Assembly (NCBI GenBank): GCA_963799485.1
Contig: CAWCXJ010000013.1
Span: forward strand, 192,001 to 256,000
Reading direction: 5' to 3'
Source of the DNA: an uncultured Trueperaceae bacterium
Lineage (GTDB): Bacteria; Deinococcota; Deinococci; Deinococcales; Trueperaceae
Length of the DNA: 64,000 bases
Below, one piece after another: positions 9,814-19,111 of this stretch (its first letter is position 1; every line of letters begins with the position of its first letter). A program made the translations under genes and the position numbers. The notes below the pieces were generated by a model. It was not told where the DNA came from. It saw only the letters and a list, made by a program, of their open reading frames with translations, and ran no database searches.

Positions 9814-9888
9814 TGAAGCCCTCCAGGGTTCTGCTGGTGCAGATATTCATGTGAAGCCCTCCAGGGTTCTGCTGGTGCAGATATTCAT
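9814..9888. repeat. Perfect 37-bp direct repeat (9814-9850 and 9852-9888, period 38)
   Basis: TGAAGCCCTCCAGGGTTCTGCTGGTGCAGATATTCAT occurs twice, separated by one G. Confidence 0.97.
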
Positions 9889-11801
9889 ACGCTCAGTTCC
9901 CCCGGTTGCACGAGCGCCCCGACTTTGTCATGAGCAGCCAAAAGCGCCTCGTCGTAAAGGTGACACGCGACCTCGTGGTCGGGCAAGACGCCTTGCAGGG
10001 GCGGTGTGACGGTGTTGCAAAGTCCGTCCAGGCGGGCCGGACAACGCGCGTAAAAGGGGCAGCCCGGCGGCGGATCGCGCAGATCGGGCGGTTTTCCGGG
10101 GATGCCACTCCTCCGCCCCCGTGAGCCGACCAGCGGCGGAAACGCCTGCATCAACCCTTGCGTGTAGGGGTGCAGCGGCGCACTGTAAAGGCTGCGTGAG
10201 GGCGAACGTTCGATGATCTGACCGGCGTACATGATGGCGACGCTATCGCTGATTTCGACCAACAATGACAGGTCGTGCGTAATAAAAATCACCGCAATCC
10301 CGAGGTCGCGGCGAATGGTGTCGATTTCTTGGAGCAGCGTGCGCTGCACCACCACGTCGAGCGCAGTGGTCGGTTCGTCCATGATGATGAGGTCGGGCTC
10401 CAAAGCCAGTGCAATCGCAATCACTGCCCGCTGCTTCATCCCGCCCGAAAGCTGGTGCGGGTAGGCGTCCAGATAATCCGGGTCGATGTCGATAAGTGAA
10501 AAGAGTTCGTTTGCCCGCGCCTCGAGCGCCTTGTCGTCTATCTGCTTGTGTGCCCGAACCGCATCGTAAATCTGGTCGCGCACCCGCATCACCGGGTTCA
10601 GCACGTTCATCGAGGCCTGAAAGACGATAGAGAAATCGCGCCAGCGCAGGCGCCGCAGTTCCGCTGCGCTGAGCCGGACTAAATCCTGCTCTCCCAACCA
10701 GACTTCGCCGTCCAGCACCCGTCCGGGCGGTTGCAAAAGCTGCGCGACGCCGAACGCCAAGGTCGATTTGCCGCACCCTGACTCCCCGGCGATACCTAAA
10801 AACTCGCCGCGTTTGAGGGTCAGGTCGACGTTCCGCACAGCCTGCACAGTGCTGTCAGAGAGGGCGTAGCCGGCGCTGAAGTCGCGTACCTCGAGCACAT
10901 TCTCAGCCGCGTTCGGAGCCGCCGAAGCCGTAGCCGGTTGAAGTGCCGGAGGTTTGCTGCGTTTGATTTGCGGCGTCCGCAATTTCGGATTGGTAATCTC
11001 GTCGATGGCGAAGTTCAGCAGCGCAAACGAGGTCCCGAGCAGCGCGATACACACCCCCGGCGCGATCATCCACGCCCACTGATTTAAGAGAAACGCCTGA
11101 TTGGTCTGCGCCCAGTAGAGCATCGTCCCCCAGGTGACGATGCCCACGTCGCCGAGACCTAAAAACTCGAGGCCCGCTTCACTTAAAACCGCAAAGAGCG
11201 CCGCCCCGAAAAAGTTGGCGGCAATGAGAGAAAGCATATTCGGCAAAATTTCGGCGAAGACGATTCTCCCGCCCCCCTCCCCGACGACCCGCGCCGCCTG
11301 TACAAAGTCGCGGTTTCTGAGGCTCAAGGTCTGCGCCCGCAACACCCGCGCCCCCCACGCCCAACCTGTTACGGCAATCACGAAGATAATCGGCAACACG
11401 CCCTCGACGTTGACGTAAGCGGCGATGATAATCAGCAGCGGCAACCCCGGAATAACCAGAAAGATATTGGTAAACGTCGATAAAACCTCGTCTAAAATGC
11501 CCCCGGCATAACCCGACACAAGGCCGATGACGACCGAGACGAAGGTTGCAATCGCCCCTGCGACCAGCCCGACCAAAAGCGACAACCGCGTTCCCCAGAT
11601 GAGCTGGGAAAGCACATCTTCACCGAGCGCGGTCGTCCCTAACGGGTGTTCGGCGCTGCCGGTATCGAAGGGGATAAACGACGTGTCTTTAGGTGAATAC
11701 GGGGCCAACACCGGAGCTAAAAGCGCGACACCGACGAAAAACAGCAGCAACATAAGTCCGGTCAAAGATTTTGGATTGCGAACCAGCCGTGACCAGTTCA
11801 T
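9885..11801 (-). CDS. Fused ABC permease + ATP-binding protein (DppC-DppD)
   Basis: N-terminal HPLGTT and EAA-loop permease, an Ala/Pro linker, then GESGCGKST, LSGGMKQR and DEPTTALD. Confidence 0.92.
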   Translation of the reverse strand: MNWSRLVRNPKSLTGLMLLLFFVGVALLAPVLAPYSPKDTSFIPFDTGSAEHPLGTTALGEDVLSQLIWGTRLSLLVGLVAGAIATFVSVVIGLVSGYAGGILDEVLSTFTNIFLVIPGLPLLIIIAAYVNVEGVLPIIFVIAVTGWAWGARVLRAQTLSLRNRDFVQAARVVGEGGGRIVFAEILPNMLSLIAANFFGAALFAVLSEAGLEFLGLGDVGIVTWGTMLYWAQTNQAFLLNQWAWMIAPGVCIALLGTSFALLNFAIDEITNPKLRTPQIKRSKPPALQPATASAAPNAAENVLEVRDFSAGYALSDSTVQAVRNVDLTLKRGEFLGIAGESGCGKSTLAFGVAQLLQPPGRVLDGEVWLGEQDLVRLSAAELRRLRWRDFSIVFQASMNVLNPVMRVRDQIYDAVRAHKQIDDKALEARANELFSLIDIDPDYLDAYPHQLSGGMKQRAVIAIALALEPDLIIMDEPTTALDVVVQRTLLQEIDTIRRDLGIAVIFITHDLSLLVEISDSVAIMYAGQIIERSPSRSLYSAPLHPYTQGLMQAFPPLVGSRGRRSGIPGKPPDLRDPPPGCPFYARCPARLDGLCNTVTPPLQGVLPDHEVACHLYDEALLAAHDKVGALVQPGELSV

Positions 11802-11980
11802 CTGACTGCCGGAGCTTTGCTCGAGCCGCTATTTGGCAAGTTATGTAAACGTTTCGCCCGGCCTGAGATAACAACCGTAAACAGGCTGACCTTACTTGCT
11901 ACCTGCTTCTTACTCCTTACTTCGCTCGAGCAAAACGAAACTCGTATGGCGTTTGCGTTGACCGAATCCAGAGGTTTCAT
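11798..11980 (-). CDS. Possible 60-aa bridging ORF between the dppB-like and dppCD-like genes
   Basis: ATG overlaps the upstream stop (TGATG) and its TGA overlaps the downstream ATG (ATGA). No recognisable homology. Confidence 0.3.
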   Translation of the reverse strand: MKPLDSVNANAIRVSFCSSEVRSKKQVASKVSLFTVVISGRAKRLHNLPNSGSSKAPAVR

Positions 11981-12966
11981 CAGACGCCCTCACTACGAAC
12001 TCTGGGGTCGAGCAGCGCGTAGGCCACGTCCGCTAAGAAGTTGGCGAGCAAAACGGCCAGCGTGATAAACAAAAAGACCGCCTGCATCAGCGGATAGTCG
12101 AGGCTCGTCACGGCTTGATAGAGCGAAAAACCGATGCCCGGATACGAAAAGACGATTTCAGTCAGGAGCGACCCGCTGATGACAAAACCAAGCGCCATCG
12201 CAAACGCCGTAAAACTCGGCAAGATGGCGTTACGGGCGGCGTAGCGAAACATCACCCGGCGCTGCGAAAGTCCTTTGGCGCGCGCAAACGCTACATAATC
12301 TTCGCCCAAAACGCCGACCAGATTGTTCCGCATCGTTAAAAGCCAGCCGCCGGTCGCCGTAACGATAATGGTCAGCGCAGGTAAAAAACTGTGATAAAGC
12401 ACGCTAAAAATCCAGGGCAGTCCGTCGGCCCGCACGACCGCCGTACCGTAACCGCCACTCAGCGGAAACCAGCCGAGCAAAAACGAAAAGACATATAAAA
12501 CGATTAGCGCAAACCAAAAATAAGGCACACCATTAAGAAACAGTGAAACGAGCACCATGCCGTCACCGACGGGTGTACTGCGCCACCAGCCGGAATACAC
12601 GCCCAAGAGCGTTCCCAAAATGAATGAGATAAGAGTCGTCACCCCGACCAAGCCGAGCGTCCAGGGGATCGCTTGAGCCAGAATATCGCTGACCGGAGCC
12701 GGGAAAAACCCGAGTGAGAGGCCGAAATCGCCGGTCAGCATCCGCCGCCAGTAGTCGAGATACTGCCCGAACCAGCTCTTGTCAGTGTTAAGGCCGAACG
12801 CTTCGCGCAGCGCGTCTGCGGCTTGCGGGGAGAGCCGCCCCTGATAACGGGCCAGCATCACGCTCACCGGGTCGCCCGGTACGAGCTGCGGAAGAATGTA
12901 GTTAATTGTCAGGGCGGCCCAGCCGGTAATCAGCAGCAGCCCGAGCCTACGCAGGAGATAACGCAT
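11980..12966 (-). CDS. ABC permease (DppB/OppB-like)
   Basis: MRYLLRR..PGDP, GDFGLS, EDYVAFARAKGL, EIVFSYPGIG and LDPRVR. ATG at 12966 follows GGAGG. Confidence 0.93.
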   Translation of the reverse strand: MRYLLRRLGLLLITGWAALTINYILPQLVPGDPVSVMLARYQGRLSPQAADALREAFGLNTDKSWFGQYLDYWRRMLTGDFGLSLGFFPAPVSDILAQAIPWTLGLVGVTTLISFILGTLLGVYSGWWRSTPVGDGMVLVSLFLNGVPYFWFALIVLYVFSFLLGWFPLSGGYGTAVVRADGLPWIFSVLYHSFLPALTIIVTATGGWLLTMRNNLVGVLGEDYVAFARAKGLSQRRVMFRYAARNAILPSFTAFAMALGFVISGSLLTEIVFSYPGIGFSLYQAVTSLDYPLMQAVFLFITLAVLLANFLADVAYALLDPRVRSEGV

Positions 12967-12994
12967 AAGACCTCCAGGGAGGAGCAAAGAGGGC

Positions 12995-13035
12995 CGAGCC
13001 ATGAGCAATAATTACCTCTCGTTGCTCATGGCTCG
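12995..13035 (-). terminator. 14-bp stem-loop after the substrate-binding protein gene (partial terminator or mRNA stabiliser)
   Basis: CGAGCCATGAGCAA (12995-13008) pairs with TTGCTCATGGCTCG (13022-13035). Confidence 0.7.
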
Positions 13036-13042
13036 TTGCTTT

Positions 13043-14701
13043 CTACTTCAAATACACCTCACGGAACATCAAAAGACCGGCGACCGAATCGTCGGGGCCG
13101 CCGTCGGTGTAGGGATTTTCCGGCGAAGGCCAGCCGGTAAAAGTTGACAGGTTAAAGTTCGAGAAGTTTACCCGGTCGGTCACCGGGACGTAAGGAACCT
13201 GCTCGACCACGACCTGAGCAATCTGGTTGATCGCCTCTTTTTGCACAGCCCGGTCGCTGCTCTGCCGGAACGTCTTAAGCGCCTCGGTCACGGTCGGGTC
13301 GGTAAAACGCGACATGTTCGAGTCGGCGATCTCGCCGATTTCGTCGGCGGAAAACTCAGGTGAGAGCGAGCCGTTGTAGAGGTAGTAGGGCGTCGAGCCG
13401 CTACGCCAACCCCACGAAATGGCCATGTCATAGGTACCGCTTTGGAGACCACGTGAGTACGACCCCCAGTTCTCCTGCTGAATCGAAGAGCGAATTCCTA
13501 TCGCTTGCAGGTTTTGCGAAATAACCTGCGCCATGGTGATAAAGTCCGTCCAACCGGCGCCGACGAGGATGTTAAAGGCCGGCAAGGGTTGACCGTCTTT
13601 GCCGAGCAGCGTGTCGCTATCAAAGCTGTAACCCGCCTCTTCCAGCATGGCGCGCGCCGCGTCGGGGTCGAAGCTGTAGGCCGGTTCTTGCAGCGAAGCG
13701 TCGAGCCACTCTTCTTGCTGCGCGGGGATGATACCGGTCGGGTTTGCCGCAGCGATTGTCGTTCCGGCGTAGGCTTTAGCCGCAGCGTCGTCTTTGTTGA
13801 TGGCCCGCGCGACCGCGTTACGAAACGCCGGGTCGTCGAAGGGCGCTTTGAGCGTGTTCAGGTAGAGGATATTGTCGTTGTTGACCGGCCACCACGAGAC
13901 GTATGTTTCGGGGTCGCGGGCGTTATAGGTCTGCTCGACGTTGGGAATCTGGTTGTAGGCGTAATCGGCCTGATTTTGCAAGAGCAGCAGCAGCGTGGCC
14001 TGATTGCTGTTCGTCACCTGCCACGTCACCCCGTCCACATAGGGCTGTCCGGCAAGCCAGTAGTTCGGGTTTTTAACCGTCTTGATGAGCTGCGGAGCAA
14101 ACGACTCGAGCAAAAACGGCCCGGTACCGACGGGGTTTTCGTTCGTCTCTTGTACCGGGTCGGCAATACTCGCCCAGATGTGTTCCGGCGCAATTGTGCG
14201 CCCTACGATGTCGTTAAACAGCGGGGTGTTGGGTTCGCTGAAGGTAAAGACGACGGTGGTATCGTCGGGGGCTTCAACGCTCTCGACCCCGAGCGCCCAG
14301 ATGCCGGTGGTATCGAGTTCGGGGTACTTTTTAATATAGTTGAAGGTAAAGGCCACGTCCTGCGCGGAAAACGGCTCGCCGTCACTCCACTGCACACCCT
14401 CGCGGGTCTTGACGGTCAGGGTGAGGTTGTCTTCACTCCACTCGTAAGAGGTGCCCAAGAGCGGCACCTCTTCACCGGTAACCCCGTTGACGAAAAAGAG
14501 CGGTTCGTAGATGAGCGGTGTACTCGGCAAATTTTGACCGGCGGTGCCGAACGGGTTCGAGTTGTTCGTGTACGACCCCGACGAGCGGGCAACCCGGATG
14601 ATGCCGCCGGGTTGCACGTCCTGGGCGAGTACCGGAACCGAAAAGAGCAGCGCGGTCACAGCAACGACCAGACGCTTTAGCAGCTTGAAACGCGTGGGCA
14701 T
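13043..14701 (-). CDS. Family 5 ABC substrate-binding protein (probably oligosaccharide-binding)
   Basis: Signal peptide (VLA-Q), YEPLF, WSDGEPFSAQDVAFTF, PVGTGPF and GWTD. GGAG RBS; glycosidase context. Confidence 0.92.
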   Translation of the reverse strand: MPTRFKLLKRLVVAVTALLFSVPVLAQDVQPGGIIRVARSSGSYTNNSNPFGTAGQNLPSTPLIYEPLFFVNGVTGEEVPLLGTSYEWSEDNLTLTVKTREGVQWSDGEPFSAQDVAFTFNYIKKYPELDTTGIWALGVESVEAPDDTTVVFTFSEPNTPLFNDIVGRTIAPEHIWASIADPVQETNENPVGTGPFLLESFAPQLIKTVKNPNYWLAGQPYVDGVTWQVTNSNQATLLLLLQNQADYAYNQIPNVEQTYNARDPETYVSWWPVNNDNILYLNTLKAPFDDPAFRNAVARAINKDDAAAKAYAGTTIAAANPTGIIPAQQEEWLDASLQEPAYSFDPDAARAMLEEAGYSFDSDTLLGKDGQPLPAFNILVGAGWTDFITMAQVISQNLQAIGIRSSIQQENWGSYSRGLQSGTYDMAISWGWRSGSTPYYLYNGSLSPEFSADEIGEIADSNMSRFTDPTVTEALKTFRQSSDRAVQKEAINQIAQVVVEQVPYVPVTDRVNFSNFNLSTFTGWPSPENPYTDGGPDDSVAGLLMFREVYLK

Positions 14702-14915
14702 ACAATCTCCTTAATGCTTTTGTTTAGATGAGATTACCTAACTACGAGCTAACGACTTTTAGCGACTTTGCGCGCGCTACCACCCCCAGGTACGGACGAT
14801 TCTATTCTTTTATAGACCACCTCAGATTAGCACCTTTTTTAGCAGCGCAACCTCGAGTCAACCGGTTACGGTCGGTACTCCAGAAGCCAACAGCTTTGAA
14901 CAAGGCCGAACCCAC

Positions 14916-14944
14916 TTGACAAGTTAAATCAAACCGTTTAACTT
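14916..14944 (+). promoter_or_regulatory. Sigma70-like promoter overlapped by a palindromic operator (probable ROK repressor site)
   Basis: TTGACA (14916-21), 17 nt, TAACTT (14939-44). The palindrome AAGTTAAA-N8-TTTAACTT lies at 14921-14944. Confidence 0.6.
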
Positions 14945-14994
14945 AATAGCACGGTAAGGCTTAAAAGTTCAGCTTAAGCGTCGAGAGGAAATTC

Positions 14995-16194
14995 GTGCGT
15001 CCTAAAGTGTTACGCAGCTCGAGCCGCGCGCTCATTTTGGAAACGGTGCGTTTGGGCGCGCCGATTACGCGCGTCGAGATCGCCGCTGCTACCGGCTTGA
15101 CGGCGGCGGCAGTGTCACAACGCGTGTCTGAACTGATCTGTCAGGGGCTGATCCGGGAATCGCGGCGGCGCGTTCCGAAGCGGGGTCAACCGCCTATCGA
15201 GCTGGTGATTCAGAGCGGCGCGGCCTATATGCTGGGCGTTCACTTAGAGCACAGCCTGCTCACCGCCGTTTTGGTCGACCTGGACGGTACGGTTTTGGGT
15301 GAGCTGACCCGGTTTCATACGGGGCCGGAACCCTGTGAGGTGCTGGCGCGCGCCGCCGGGATGTGCCGGACGCTGCTGGGGCAAAGGGGACTCGCGCCGG
15401 AAAACCTCTTGGGGGTGGGCTTGGCCTCGGTCGGCCCGCTCGAGCTAGGCGGCGGCACCGTCAACGCGCCGCGCTTTTTTCCGGACAGCTGGCAGCGGTT
15501 GCCGCTCCGCCAAAACCTCGCCGACGCGCTCGGTACCGCCGTCTTTTTAGACAACAACGCGACGGCTGCGGCAATCGGCGAGTACTGGTACGGCGACGGT
15601 CGCCTTTACGCGAACTTTTTGTTCGTACATATTGGCGTCGGGGTCGGGGGCGGGCTCTTTCTGGACGGGCGCGTCTACCGGGGCTCGAGCTTTAACGCCG
15701 GGGAATTCGGTCATATGGTCGTCGGCCCGGAGCGCCCCGAACCGGTGTTCGCCGGAACACGTGGGAGCCTCGAGTCCTACGCGTCGCTCTTTGCGCTCAA
15801 GCACGACCTCGGCGAAGCGGTCTACAAAAACCTGGAGCGGGCGTTTACCGAGCAGAACGAGGCGCTGCTTGCGTGGCTCGAGCAGGCCGCGCGACTTTTT
15901 GCGCTCGCCCTCGTGTCCGCCGACAATCTGCTCGACCTGGGCGCGGTGATCTTCGGGGGGTTGTTACCCGAAGCGCTTAACGCCTACCTCGTGACCCGCG
16001 TGTGCAGCCACCGCGCCGCGTTCTCCAACTTACGCGGGCGTCCGGCGCGCGCGCGCTGTCTGCCTGCCCGGACGATCTTTAACAGCGCGGCCCTCGGGGC
16101 CGCCATGCTCCCTGTTTACGACGCTTTCGTTCACGCACCGAGCGAAGCGGGCTTTAAGTCCCTGGGAACTTCCCCCGGAGGAGGTGAACCTTAG
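14995..16194 (+). CDS. ROK-family transcriptional repressor
   Basis: N-terminal HTH (TRVEIAAATGLTAAAVS, RGQPP), then DNNATAAAIGE, GVGGG and GEFGH. Confidence 0.92.
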   Translation: MRPKVLRSSSRALILETVRLGAPITRVEIAAATGLTAAAVSQRVSELICQGLIRESRRRVPKRGQPPIELVIQSGAAYMLGVHLEHSLLTAVLVDLDGTVLGELTRFHTGPEPCEVLARAAGMCRTLLGQRGLAPENLLGVGLASVGPLELGGGTVNAPRFFPDSWQRLPLRQNLADALGTAVFLDNNATAAAIGEYWYGDGRLYANFLFVHIGVGVGGGLFLDGRVYRGSSFNAGEFGHMVVGPERPEPVFAGTRGSLESYASLFALKHDLGEAVYKNLERAFTEQNEALLAWLEQAARLFALALVSADNLLDLGAVIFGGLLPEALNAYLVTRVCSHRAAFSNLRGRPARARCLPARTIFNSAALGAAMLPVYDAFVHAPSEAGFKSLGTSPGGGEP

Positions 16195-16252
16195 CCGACA
16201 ACACACACGACCCCATCAACACGCCGTAAAAGCCACCTCGAAAGGACTCACC

Positions 16253-17224
16253 ATGCGTAAACTCGCCCTCCTGCTCCTCACCGCCGCCGCCAGTCTCGGC
16301 TTCGCCCAAAACGCCAACCCGCAAGACCTCACCATCACCCTGATTCCGGGCCTTACCACCGACGCCTTTTACATCACCATGAACCGGGGCGCGCAAGCTG
16401 CTGCCGACGCCCTCGGGATCACCGTCAACTTCCAGGGGGCCGAAGAGTTTAACCCGACCTTGCAGGTACCGGTCTTGGATTCGGTCATTTCACGAGGCCC
16501 CGACGCCATTTTGATCGCGCCGACCGACTCCACGCAGCTGATCGCGCCCCTGCAAAACGCGCTCGACCAGGGGATTCCGGTCGTCACCGTCGATACCTTT
16601 ATCGGCGACGGTCAGTACCAGACCGGCTCGGGCGACGGCGACTTTCCGCTCTCATACATCGCCTCGGACAACATCGAAGGGGGCCGCATCGCCGCGCGTG
16701 CGATGGCCGAGGCAATCGGCGGTTCGGGCGCAGTGTACGTCTCGAACGTCCGGCCCGGGATCTCGACGACCGACCAGCGCGAACAGGGCTTCAAAGACGA
16801 GCTGGCGACGAACTATCCGGACATCACCGTGTTAGAAACCCAGTACAACGAAAACGACTCCTCGACCGCCGCCTCACAGTTTCAGGCCGTCCTGGCGCGT
16901 TCCCCCGACCTTAAAGGCGTGTTCGGTGCCAACCTCTTTTCGGCGCTCGGCGCTGCCAACGGCGTGCAGGCTTCAAACATGGCGGACAGCGTGACGGTCA
17001 TCGCCTTCGACGCGCCGCCCTCGATTGTTGACAACATCTCGTCGGGGCTCGTCGATATGGCGATTGCCCAGCACCCGGCGGAAATCGGGTATTACGGCGT
17101 GATGACCGCCTACGCCGCGCTGACCGGGCAGTCGGTGCCGCCTTTAATCGGTACCGGTTTTACGCTCATCACCGCTGACAACGTAGACGACCCCGAGGTG
17201 CAAAAGTTCATCTATTCGGAATAG
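16253..17224 (+). CDS. Monosaccharide ABC substrate-binding protein (RbsB/AlsB class)
   Basis: Signal peptide MRKLALLLL..AQ after AAGGA; GIPVVTVD, SDNIEGG and IAFD. Confidence 0.92.
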   Translation: MRKLALLLLTAAASLGFAQNANPQDLTITLIPGLTTDAFYITMNRGAQAAADALGITVNFQGAEEFNPTLQVPVLDSVISRGPDAILIAPTDSTQLIAPLQNALDQGIPVVTVDTFIGDGQYQTGSGDGDFPLSYIASDNIEGGRIAARAMAEAIGGSGAVYVSNVRPGISTTDQREQGFKDELATNYPDITVLETQYNENDSSTAASQFQAVLARSPDLKGVFGANLFSALGAANGVQASNMADSVTVIAFDAPPSIVDNISSGLVDMAIAQHPAEIGYYGVMTAYAALTGQSVPPLIGTGFTLITADNVDDPEVQKFIYSE

Positions 17225-17231
17225 GCGCAGG

Positions 17232-17253
17232 GCGGGGAGGGTTGCCTCCCCGC
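17232..17253 (+). terminator. Stem-loop after the binding-protein gene
   Basis: GCGGGGAGG-GTTG-CCTCCCCGC; no U-tract. Confidence 0.5.
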
Positions 17254-17315
17254 GAACTGTCATGAAAGGGTCTGCTTGATGCTCATTTCTGTGCTTTATG
17301 TTCTGGGAGGTCGTC

Positions 17316-18341
17316 GTGGCGCGTAGTGTGCCCGCCGAGCGTACCCCTTCAAACCGCCGTGTTCAGTTCTTAAAAGCGCTGACCGGTGCGTGGTCGTGGC
17401 TATTTTTACTGCTGGTACTGATCTTTTTCGAGGTCTGGGCGCGGGTGAGTTACGGCAGCACCTTTTTGGGCCGCGTGTACAGCGTTCAGAGTATCTTGCT
17501 GGCGACGACGCAGATTTTGCTGATCGCGCTCGGTCTGACGTTTGTCATTATCTCGGCGGGAATCGACCTCTCGATTGCTTTTACGGCAGGCTTGGCCGCT
17601 GTCACGATGGCGGTCGTGGTGCGCGCCCTCGCCGCGCAGCCGCCGCTCTTGGGCTTTCTCGCCGGACTCGTCTCTGCGCTCGCGGTGGCGACGCTGCCGG
17701 GTCTGGTGAACGGCTGGATGATCGCGAGGCTCAACGTCCCGTCGTTTATCGGGACGCTGGGCATGTACGGGATTGCGCGGGGGATGGCCTTTTTAGTCGC
17801 GGGCGGCGGCACGGTCGCCATTCGCAACCCTATCGTCACCGAGTTCGGCAACGGGCGCGTCTTCGGCGTCGTCCCGATTCCGGTGCTCGTCGCTATCATT
17901 TTTACCCTCGTGTTTCACTATCTCTTGTCCCAAACCCGGTTCGGGCTCTACACCTACGCGATGGGCGGCAACCTCAACGCGGCGGTGCGAGCGGGCGTGA
18001 ACACCAAACGTCACACGCTCATCTTGTACGTGCTGAGCGCACTCACAGCGGGCGTCGCGGGCGTCATCTATACCGCCCGGTTTTCAGCGGGCGCGGTCGA
18101 CGCGGGTGAACCCGTGCTGCTCTACGCGGTCGCGGCGGTGTTTATCGGCGGGGCGAGCTTGACCGGGGGCAGCGGCACCATCAGCGGCACGGTCATCGGT
18201 TCGCTGATTATCGCCGTCATTCAGTTCGGCCTGGTATTTATCAATGTGCCGCCCTACTATCAGTTCGTAGCCGTCGGCCTGGTGATTATCGTGGCGGTAC
18301 TGATCGACCAGTCTCGAGACCGCTTGGCGCGGCTGACATGA
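17316..18341 (+). CDS. Monosaccharide ABC permease (RbsC class)
   Basis: GIDLS, PSFIGTLG, YAMGGN and IGGASLTGG. GTG follows GGAGG. Confidence 0.93.
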   Translation: MARSVPAERTPSNRRVQFLKALTGAWSWLFLLLVLIFFEVWARVSYGSTFLGRVYSVQSILLATTQILLIALGLTFVIISAGIDLSIAFTAGLAAVTMAVVVRALAAQPPLLGFLAGLVSALAVATLPGLVNGWMIARLNVPSFIGTLGMYGIARGMAFLVAGGGTVAIRNPIVTEFGNGRVFGVVPIPVLVAIIFTLVFHYLLSQTRFGLYTYAMGGNLNAAVRAGVNTKRHTLILYVLSALTAGVAGVIYTARFSAGAVDAGEPVLLYAVAAVFIGGASLTGGSGTISGTVIGSLIIAVIQFGLVFINVPPYYQFVAVGLVIIVAVLIDQSRDRLARLT

Positions 18342-19111
18342 CGGCAATCAAGACAGCACTGTTAGAGGTCAAAGACGTTCATAAACGTTTCGGCGGCACC
18401 TACGCGACGAAGGGCGTATCCCTCGAGCTTTACGAAGGTGAAGTCTTGGCCCTGGCCGGCGACAACGGTGCCGGAAAATCAACCCTCATCAAGATGATTT
18501 CAGGCGTTCACACCCCCGACGGCGGCGAGATTTTTTACAAAGGCGACTCGCTCCGGGGCCGGACGCCGCAAGAGGTGCGCGAGGTCGGCATCGAAACCAT
18601 CTATCAGGATTTGGCCCTGGCGGACAACCTGGACATCGGTATCAATTTGTTCTTGGGCCGCGAGAAAATGACGCGGTTTTTAGGCGTCCCGGTGCTAGAC
18701 CGTAAAACCATGCGCGCCGAGGCCAAACGGGCACTTTACGACCTCGGCATCGTCGTCGATGAGATGAACCGCCCGGTGCGTGACCTCTCGGGTGGGCAGC
18801 GGCAGGCGATTGCGATTAGCCGCGCGGTGTACTGGCAGGCCAAGGTGCTGATTATGGACGAGCCGACGGCGGCTCTGGGGGTTCCCGAACAGCGTGAGGT
18901 GATGGATTTAATCTTCCGTCTTAAAGACAGCGGGGTCGGTATCATCTTTATCTCGCACAACTTAAACGACATCTTCGCGGTCAGCGACCGGATTGTGGTT
19001 TTAGAGCGGGGCCGTAAGGCGGGCGAACGGTTGATTACAGAAACCGACGCCGATGAGGTTGTGAAGCTGATGATGGGGGCCGAGGGTCTCGGGCAACGCG
19101 CCCACGCATGA
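18338..19111 (+). CDS. Single-domain sugar ABC ATP-binding protein
   Basis: GDNGAGKST, YQDLAL, LSGGQRQ and DEPTAALG. Confidence 0.94.
   Translation: MTAIKTALLEVKDVHKRFGGTYATKGVSLELYEGEVLALAGDNGAGKSTLIKMISGVHTPDGGEIFYKGDSLRGRTPQEVREVGIETIYQDLALADNLDIGINLFLGREKMTRFLGVPVLDRKTMRAEAKRALYDLGIVVDEMNRPVRDLSGGQRQAIAISRAVYWQAKVLIMDEPTAALGVPEQREVMDLIFRLKDSGVGIIFISHNLNDIFAVSDRIVVLERGRKAGERLITETDADEVVKLMMGAEGLGQRAHA

Noticed and set aside
9814..9888. CRISPR-like repeat (37 bp)
   Set aside because: Only two copies, 1 nt apart, with no spacer and no cas genes.
9885..11801. Permease-ATPase fusion as a novelty
   Set aside because: DppC-DppD fusions are a known architecture.
13505..14680. 391-aa plus-strand ORF
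   Set aside because: Antisense shadow of the family 5 binding-protein gene; no motifs.
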